This document shows, one piece after another, positions 57,713-64,000 of a DNA stretch of 64,000 nt. The translations under genes were made by a program, and so were the position numbers. Under the pieces are notes generated by a model that did not search any database, was not told the origin of the DNA, and was given only the letters and a program-made list of their open reading frames with translations. The DNA comes from a virus (Duplodnaviria; Caudoviricetes): the IMG/VR virus record IMGVR_UViG_3300044991_001466; one strand, given 5' to 3'. Every line of letters starts with the position of its first letter. Position 1 is the stretch's first letter.

Positions 57713-58564
57713 ATGGTAAGATTAGTTACAGTTATAGGTCACGGAGTTAAATTACTACCTCATTTCATTAAACATTATTCAAGATATGTTGATGAAATTA
57801 ATATAGTTGTTTACCAATCAGACTTACATCCAGATTTACATGATGAAGTGTCACAATACATTGAAAATCAAAACAATGTAAAAATTGTACATACATTAAC
57901 GGAAAGAATATTTGATTGGGAAAAGGTAACTAGTTTATATAATTTCATAAAATCAAAACACAAAAATGATTGGTGGGTAGTCGCCGACATTGATGAGTTT
58001 CATTTATACCCTGATGATGATTTACCAAAAGTAATTCAAACATGTGAAGAGTATGGTTTTGAAATGGTTAGAGGTGGGTTTATTGATAGAATAGGTAGAG
58101 GTGGAGAGTTTGCAGAATTGGTTGACGATGTATCTATATGGGACCAATTTCCGAACGCAGGATTTTTTAGATATCCAATGAGTAGTGCAAACCCTAATAA
58201 AATATGTCTAATGAAAGGTTTTGTTGAAATAACATCAGGACAACATTATGCTAAAATAGATGGTCAAACAACTTGGAAATGGCAAGGATGGAATCATCCA
58301 CAAATAAACCCAATCGATTTCGTTCAAGTACATCATTTCAAGTGGGATAGAACATCAATCGAAAGAATAAAAACCGTTGCTGAATTAAACGAAGATTATG
58401 CATATTCAAATGAGTATTTCACAATGTTTAAAGAATTAATAAAAACTAAATTTAGAATAAATCTAATGGAAAAAGATTTCATGTTTGAATTGGGTTTGAT
58501 ATACCCCAAATATGAATTATATAAAAATTGGAATAAATTAATAAACAAAATAATATCAATATGA
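57713..58564 (+). CDS. glycosyltransferase family 2/92-like
   Basis: LLPHFIKHYS..VDEI, WWVVADIDEFH and GG(F)IDR. Confidence 0.7.
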   Translation: MVRLVTVIGHGVKLLPHFIKHYSRYVDEINIVVYQSDLHPDLHDEVSQYIENQNNVKIVHTLTERIFDWEKVTSLYNFIKSKHKNDWWVVADIDEFHLYPDDDLPKVIQTCEEYGFEMVRGGFIDRIGRGGEFAELVDDVSIWDQFPNAGFFRYPMSSANPNKICLMKGFVEITSGQHYAKIDGQTTWKWQGWNHPQINPIDFVQVHHFKWDRTSIERIKTVAELNEDYAYSNEYFTMFKELIKTKFRINLMEKDFMFELGLIYPKYELYKNWNKLINKIISI

Positions 58565-58586
58565 CACATATAAATATTGGATTAGA

Positions 58587-59993
58587 ATGAGATTAGCGAT
58601 AATAGTACCATATAGAGACAGAAGAGACGATTTAGATGTGTTTATACCACACATGGAAAAATTTTTAGCTAATAAACAAATAGATTATAAAATTTTTGTT
58701 GCTGAACAATCTGACGATAGGGCTTTCAATTACGGTAAAATATGTAATGCAGTTTTTAATGAAATAAAAGATGATTACGATTATTTTTGTTTTCATGACG
58801 TAGATTTATTACCATTAAATGACGATGCTGATTATTCTTATAAAGACATCCCAACACATTTGGTTTTTGAGAATAAAAATAAAGAAAAGATATTACCATA
58901 CAGCCAATATTTCGGTGGTGTGGTAATTTTTAGTAAAAACGATTTTATAAAGATAAACGGATTTGGGAATGACTATTGGGGTAAAGGATATGTTGATTTA
59001 GATTTATTATATCGATGTTTAAAAAGTAAAATTACCTTAACTAAAAATTACGATTATAATCTTAAAGAAATACTCAAATCTGATTTAAAATATAGAAACA
59101 TTACCAAAAAGGTTTCTAAAATTGTTTTACCTGAAAATTCAATTATAGTTAATAGAAAATCTGACGTCATTGCCACCAATTTTACGTTAAGTTTTCATTA
59201 TAAAGAAGTGAGACAAAATAGGAAAAAAATAGTAATTTTTAGGACACTTGATTTTGGAGATTTCCAAATATTCACCATAAATGGACAAATGATTTTACAA
59301 TTTTTTGATAAGGGTAAACTATTCCAAATCGACATTAACAACGAAGTCGATATAACTCAGTTTAATCATTTTACATTTACTCACGATTACAATAAAAAAG
59401 AATTTATTATCTATATAAATGGTGTTGAAAAATTTAATATTAATTATACCATAAATTATAATTTTACCAAAAAAAATGTTATATTAGGTGATATAGACAA
59501 TAGCGTAAAAATTGAATTAATTGATTTTAAATTGTTTACAAAAAAACTAACAAAAAATGAAGTTAATAGAAATTTTTACTATGGGGTAAAATCAAATTGT
59601 TTTGAATTTAATAAGATTACGTTTTACGATAATGTAACAAAATTTATTGATGAGCATTTTAACATTTGGGAAATTATGGGTAAAACAACATCCGATAAAG
59701 AAAACTTAATAATTGGTGAAATGTTAATGGTAGATGTGGTTAATAAACAATTAAATAAAGTAAAATATACACCAAATAAAATAAAAGGAAGATATGAAAT
59801 TAGAGGTAATAAATTTGATAACATTGAAACAACGTATCATCCCGATATATTAGAAAATAAAAACACTTACTATAATGATTTGTTGACTAATAAGATTAAT
59901 ACAAGTAAGTTTGGACTAAAAAGTGTTAAGTACACTTTATTGAATAAAATAGAATATAATAATAACACAGAATGGTTAAAAATATCTCTTTAA
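58587..59993 (+). CDS. GT7 galactosyltransferase-like protein with LamG insertion (atypical catalytic motif)
   Basis: IIVPYRDR, FNYGK, FHDVD and YFGGV; WGKGYVDLD in place of WGWGGEDDD. Confidence 0.75.
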   Translation: MRLAIIVPYRDRRDDLDVFIPHMEKFLANKQIDYKIFVAEQSDDRAFNYGKICNAVFNEIKDDYDYFCFHDVDLLPLNDDADYSYKDIPTHLVFENKNKEKILPYSQYFGGVVIFSKNDFIKINGFGNDYWGKGYVDLDLLYRCLKSKITLTKNYDYNLKEILKSDLKYRNITKKVSKIVLPENSIIVNRKSDVIATNFTLSFHYKEVRQNRKKIVIFRTLDFGDFQIFTINGQMILQFFDKGKLFQIDINNEVDITQFNHFTFTHDYNKKEFIIYINGVEKFNINYTINYNFTKKNVILGDIDNSVKIELIDFKLFTKKLTKNEVNRNFYYGVKSNCFEFNKITFYDNVTKFIDEHFNIWEIMGKTTSDKENLIIGEMLMVDVVNKQLNKVKYTPNKIKGRYEIRGNKFDNIETTYHPDILENKNTYYNDLLTNKINTSKFGLKSVKYTLLNKIEYNNNTEWLKISL

Positions 59994-60550
59994 CAAAGTA
60001 TCAAGTTGAAAATCTTGAAAATATCGCAGATTTATTAGAAAGTATTGATTATTCTAAAGAAGATGCTGAAATTAAATTTTTAACTCTTATTGTGAATATT
60101 GAAAGCCTTTTACCAAAATCAAATATTTTTGATTACGTGTTTAAGACGGATATCACGAAAGATAAGAAATTAGAATTACAGGAAAATAAAAAACAAAAAT
60201 TTGTGGTAATAAATGACAATGTGGAGTTGTTAAAATCATTACCAAATGATATTGAATTTAAGTGGAGCCAAGTAAATAATAAATACGATATCATAAATAA
60301 CACATACGATGAAATAAAAAGTATCGAATCAAACATCCAAGATATTCACACACAAATGAGTGAAATAGCTTCTGAAAACGATGTGTTATATGGTGAGATA
60401 GAAAATATTGACTTTGAAATATCACAAATTGATAACTACATTGAGGAGTCCGAATGGAAAGTAGACTTGGATAGTCACGAAGAAATAACATTTAATAAAA
60501 TAAAAGAAAAATTAATAATCGAAAAAAAGTTTAATTATGGAAATATCTAA
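59972..60550 (+). CDS. acidic coiled-coil hypothetical protein
   Basis: 192 aa with a heptad-like C-terminal half. Confidence 0.5.
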   Translation: MVKNISLTKYQVENLENIADLLESIDYSKEDAEIKFLTLIVNIESLLPKSNIFDYVFKTDITKDKKLELQENKKQKFVVINDNVELLKSLPNDIEFKWSQVNNKYDIINNTYDEIKSIESNIQDIHTQMSEIASENDVLYGEIENIDFEISQIDNYIEESEWKVDLDSHEEITFNKIKEKLIIEKKFNYGNI

Positions 60551-60782
60551 AGAAGAACAACACGAATTAAATAAAAAGGGTGTTGAAGCTATGACAAGAA
60601 TTGCAACCTCATTGGAGGGTATAAACGATTGGGTTTATACATTAAATACCGCAGCATGGTCAGAGAGACTAGAGTGGTATTTAAACGAATTTTATCAATT
60701 AGCTAAAGCAAAAACTATCGGTTCATCCGATAGACCAACAAAAGAATATGAAGAAGAAACTGGCGATAATAGTCCCTTATAG
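60537..60782 (+). CDS. hypothetical protein
   Basis: 81-aa ORF overlapping both neighbours. Confidence 0.45.
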   Translation: MEISKEEQHELNKKGVEAMTRIATSLEGINDWVYTLNTAAWSERLEWYLNEFYQLAKAKTIGSSDRPTKEYEEETGDNSPL

Positions 60783-61995
60783 GGATAGAAGTACTCATTT
60801 AAATACGTTTATTTCATACATGGAATCTTATTTAAAAGATTACACATATGAAATCATTGTTATTAATCAAGCGGATAACCAACCATTTAATAGAGGTAAA
60901 TTATTAAACATCGGCGCAAAATATGCCATAGACAATGGTTTTGATTATTTGTGTTTTCACGATGTAGATATGTTACCAATTAATGCAGATTACTCATATC
61001 CTAAAGAACCAACAAGTCTAATATCTGAATTGGAAAATAAAGAAGGTAATATATTTTTTACTTACTTTGGAGGTATCACTTTATTTAATATTCAAGATTT
61101 TATAACGGTGAATGGATATTCTAATAACTATTGGGGGTGGGGATATGAAGATACTGATTTATTTTATAGAGTTACACATAGCGGATTATTTTTTGATTCT
61201 GAAATGATTGGTGAGAATGACTATTCTTTATTTTCTGTTGAATTAAAAGAAGAGGATTATATAAAAATACCAATAGACTCTAAATTCATTGATGGCGATT
61301 TTAATATTAAATTAACCACAAAAGTTGAATCTAAGTATTTCGATGAGAATAAAAATTATGATGAATATCCAATATTATCCATACCGGGATATAACATTGG
61401 TATTTTTTATAATTCATTTAATAGATTTTTTATACAGGTTTATGATACTAATAAAAAACCATATTCAATTACAACGGACATTTTAGATGACGTAACATCA
61501 AGTTTTACATTTTCTAAGGTTAGGAATACAATTTCATTCTCAATGAATAACAAATTAATTGGTGAAGTTGTTATGGATAGTCCAATACTTAATTTAGACA
61601 ATGAATTTATGTATATAGGAACGTTCTCTGAAAAAGAAAAAATCGAATTTGATTTAACAATAATTGACATTGAAATTGACGACTATCATTTAGGTACAAA
61701 TGATTATGAATTAATAGGTGGCGTTATTAATTCTGATAAAATGATATCACATAGAACTTCAATACCAAAACCAATTAGAAGAGAAGGGTTATATCGTGAA
61801 TTATATCACGACAGTAACTCATCAATTAACAAATCTTGGGTACATAAAGAAACTAGAAATAATCAAATATTTTTTAATAATTTTGTTAAGCAAAATTTAA
61901 TTGATTTCACTAAAGAAGGATTAAACACACTTCAATATGAATTAATTTCGGAAAAAGATAATAATAACCATAAAATTTTGTCCGTATCATTATGA
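60748..61995 (+). CDS. GT7 galactosyltransferase-like protein with LamG-like insertion
   Basis: IIVPYRDR, FNRGKLLNIG, FHDVD and YWGWGYEDTD. Confidence 0.8.
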   Translation: MKKKLAIIVPYRDRSTHLNTFISYMESYLKDYTYEIIVINQADNQPFNRGKLLNIGAKYAIDNGFDYLCFHDVDMLPINADYSYPKEPTSLISELENKEGNIFFTYFGGITLFNIQDFITVNGYSNNYWGWGYEDTDLFYRVTHSGLFFDSEMIGENDYSLFSVELKEEDYIKIPIDSKFIDGDFNIKLTTKVESKYFDENKNYDEYPILSIPGYNIGIFYNSFNRFFIQVYDTNKKPYSITTDILDDVTSSFTFSKVRNTISFSMNNKLIGEVVMDSPILNLDNEFMYIGTFSEKEKIEFDLTIIDIEIDDYHLGTNDYELIGGVINSDKMISHRTSIPKPIRREGLYRELYHDSNSSINKSWVHKETRNNQIFFNNFVKQNLIDFTKEGLNTLQYELISEKDNNNHKILSVSL

Positions 61996-63404
61996 GTCAT
62001 AAATTAGGGATTTGTATACCATATAGAAATAGAAAAGAACATTTAGATAAATTAGTTCCACATCTTTCTGAACATTTAACAAAACAAGGAATAGAACATA
62101 CTTTTTATGTTGGACATCAACTAGACGATAAATTATTTAACAGAGGGGCGATGAAAAACATTGCAGCTAAATATGCGTTTGAAGATGGGTGCGACTATAT
62201 TGCATGGCACGATGTGGATATGTTACCACAAGAAAATGCGGACTATTCGTACCCATCGGAAACCCCTGTACATATCGCAACTAAATTGTCAAAGTATAAT
62301 TATGGTTTAGGTTATGATCAATACTTTGGTGGCGTTGTATTATTCACAAAAGAACAAGTTGAAAAAACTAACGGATACTCAAATGATTATTGGGATTGGG
62401 GAATGGAAGATGATGATTTATTTTGGAGATCATATTTTGAAGGTATGACAACTGGTGATATCTTTAAAGAATATAAAAGTAAAAAAATAGGTATTTTCAA
62501 TGGAATAAATTCACATGTTGAAATACCTGCTAATAGAAAATTAGTAGAATGTTTAAATAAAAACCATACAATATCTTTTTTAGTTTGTGCAGAACAACAA
62601 CCAGAGAAAGTACCAATTTGGTTAATTGGTGACAAAGAAAAGAAATTTATCGAATATCCAATCTTTGTAAAAACGGGCGGTTACAATTATATGTTATCTT
62701 TTAATAACTCAAGAGCCTTCACGATGAAAGTATTTGACGAAAGAAGAAACCCAATTTATAATTGGATTAAAAGATTTGAATCTCTTTGGACTTGGGTTAC
62801 GTTATCAATAGACACAGAAAATAATCAAATGTATTTTTATCTAAATAACGAACTGACAAGAAATCAATTCGGTACCAAAGAAAATTTACCAATTTCTTAT
62901 GAAGGTAAACTAATGAGATATGATTTAAGAAATCCATTTATGATTGGATTTGATAATTTTACTAACACAAGATTTAAAGGTAAAATTGCAAGAATAAAAC
63001 TATATAATAAATTTTTTAATAGTGAAGAAATAAATAACATAATTGATGATAAATTAGATACTCCACTATTAAATTTTGATTTTGATAATTTAACGCAAGA
63101 GTATCAATTAAACAACATTGATTTAATAGATGAACAAATTCAAGTTATTGAAAATATTATACCATTTAGAAGAGAGGGGGTTTTTGATTGTCTATCACAT
63201 ATAGATGAGGGTTATGTAGGGGGTACGTGGAAAAAAGGTGAAACTACAGCTAAAAATGAAAAAAGGTTTGTTTCTGAAATGCAACAAGGATTGATTAATT
63301 ACAAAGAAGATGGTTTAAATAATATATTGAATGTAATGGATATTGATAATGTAGATGTATCTTTATATCCAAACACTAAATTTATAAATGTAAAAATGAA
63401 ATGA
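61992..63404 (+). CDS. GT7 galactosyltransferase-like protein with LamG insertion
   Basis: CIPYRNR, FNRGAMKN, WHDVD and YWDWGMEDDD; the insert has FNG.NS.VEIP...W.WVTL...YLN...FKGKIARIKLYN. Confidence 0.8.
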   Translation: MSHKLGICIPYRNRKEHLDKLVPHLSEHLTKQGIEHTFYVGHQLDDKLFNRGAMKNIAAKYAFEDGCDYIAWHDVDMLPQENADYSYPSETPVHIATKLSKYNYGLGYDQYFGGVVLFTKEQVEKTNGYSNDYWDWGMEDDDLFWRSYFEGMTTGDIFKEYKSKKIGIFNGINSHVEIPANRKLVECLNKNHTISFLVCAEQQPEKVPIWLIGDKEKKFIEYPIFVKTGGYNYMLSFNNSRAFTMKVFDERRNPIYNWIKRFESLWTWVTLSIDTENNQMYFYLNNELTRNQFGTKENLPISYEGKLMRYDLRNPFMIGFDNFTNTRFKGKIARIKLYNKFFNSEEINNIIDDKLDTPLLNFDFDNLTQEYQLNNIDLIDEQIQVIENIIPFRREGVFDCLSHIDEGYVGGTWKKGETTAKNEKRFVSEMQQGLINYKEDGLNNILNVMDIDNVDVSLYPNTKFINVKMK

Positions 63405-64000
63405 GCGACTTTGACGTAACCAAAAGTGAATTAGATAAGGTAGGTTGTGGTATGTGTTTAGCAAAATGGACACAAGTTACTATGCATTTACACAATGGAA
63501 TGACACACTCATGTCATCACCCTGTACCACATAAAATACCATTAAGTGAAATAAAAGAAAATCCAACAGCATTACACAATACCAAATATAAGAAATTGGC
63601 TCGTAAAGAAATGTTGGAAAATAAAAGACCTGGTGAATGTGACTATTGTTGGAATGTTGAAGATAATTCTAATTCATTTTCAGATAGAGTATTTAAATCA
63701 AATGAATCTTGGTCATTACCACATTTAGAAGAAATTAAAGGATTAAATTGGAAAGCAAATTATAACCCAAAATATGTTGAGGTAAGTTTTTCAAATACAT
63801 GTAATTTTAAATGTGCATATTGTAGTCCAATGGCATCTTCAAAGTGGGTTGAAGAAATTGAAAAATTTGGTGGGTACCCGTTGTCATATAATTTTAACAA
63901 TTTAGAGTGGTTAAAAGAAACTGGTCAGTTACCATATAAACAAACAGAATACAATCCGTATGTGGAATCTTTTTGGAATTGGTGGCCTGAATTGTATAGA
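63401..64000 (+). CDS. 3'-truncated radical SAM enzyme with N-terminal SPASM/twitch-like Cys cluster
   Basis: Not in the ORF track. MSDFDVTK...CLAKW...SCHH...CDYCW, then the CNFKCAYC (CX3CX2C) motif; the frame is open to the window end. Confidence 0.85.
   Translation, partial: MSDFDVTKSELDKVGCGMCLAKWTQVTMHLHNGMTHSCHHPVPHKIPLSEIKENPTALHNTKYKKLARKEMLENKRPGECDYCWNVEDNSNSFSDRVFKSNESWSLPHLEEIKGLNWKANYNPKYVEVSFSNTCNFKCAYCSPMASSKWVEEIEKFGGYPLSYNFNNLEWLKETGQLPYKQTEYNPYVESFWNWWPELYR

Noticed and set aside
1-64000. Stop-codon reassignment (as in some large phages)
   Set aside because: Conserved genes are full length in the standard code, and TAA, TGA and TAG all appear as plausible ends.
1-64000. tRNA, rRNA, intron or intein
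   Set aside because: No T-loop/cloverleaf pattern was seen in the few intergenic gaps, and conserved enzymes show no intein-type or intron-type interruptions. Checked by eye only.

Overview
AT-rich, densely coding 64-kb segment, almost all on the + strand. It most resembles part of a large (jumbo/huge) tailed dsDNA phage. A Bacteroidota host is inferred from the Bacteroidota-type ClpP and sigma factor, an Hc1-like protein, SprB-type repeats and TTTG-N20-TAnnTTT-like promoters. Layout: (i) 1-14.5 kb structural/baseplate genes, including three Thr/Pro mucin-like proteins; (ii) 14.6-22.8 kb replication/recombination genes (RuvC-like, primase, PD-(D/E)XK exonuclease, SbcD, SbcC) interrupted by a nuclease+Dam pair; (iii) an inverted ADP-heptose gene pair (hldD, hldE-kinase); (iv) 24.4-38.9 kb host-takeover and head-associated genes (ClpP, sigma, Hc1-like, second Dam, NusG, AAA ATPase, thioredoxin, glutaredoxin); (v) 39-56 kb tail fibre/receptor-binding genes with very long proline-free Gly-Ser/Thr-Ser triplet tracts, Mtd_N and S74 domains, and LamG/fibrinogen-like tips; (vi) 56.2-64 kb glycan-modification cluster with three tandem GT7 galactosyltransferase-like genes each carrying an internal LamG insert, plus GT-A proteins, a methyltransferase and a radical SAM enzyme. 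The strongest candidate new system is a phage-encoded, lectin-assisted protein O-glycosylation machinery beside Ser/Thr-rich virion substrates. Other notable items are a split and re-fused Mre11/Rad50, an A11 slippage site with a -1 extension, and a repeated post-stop motif. All family calls are from motif recognition by eye; no searches were run.
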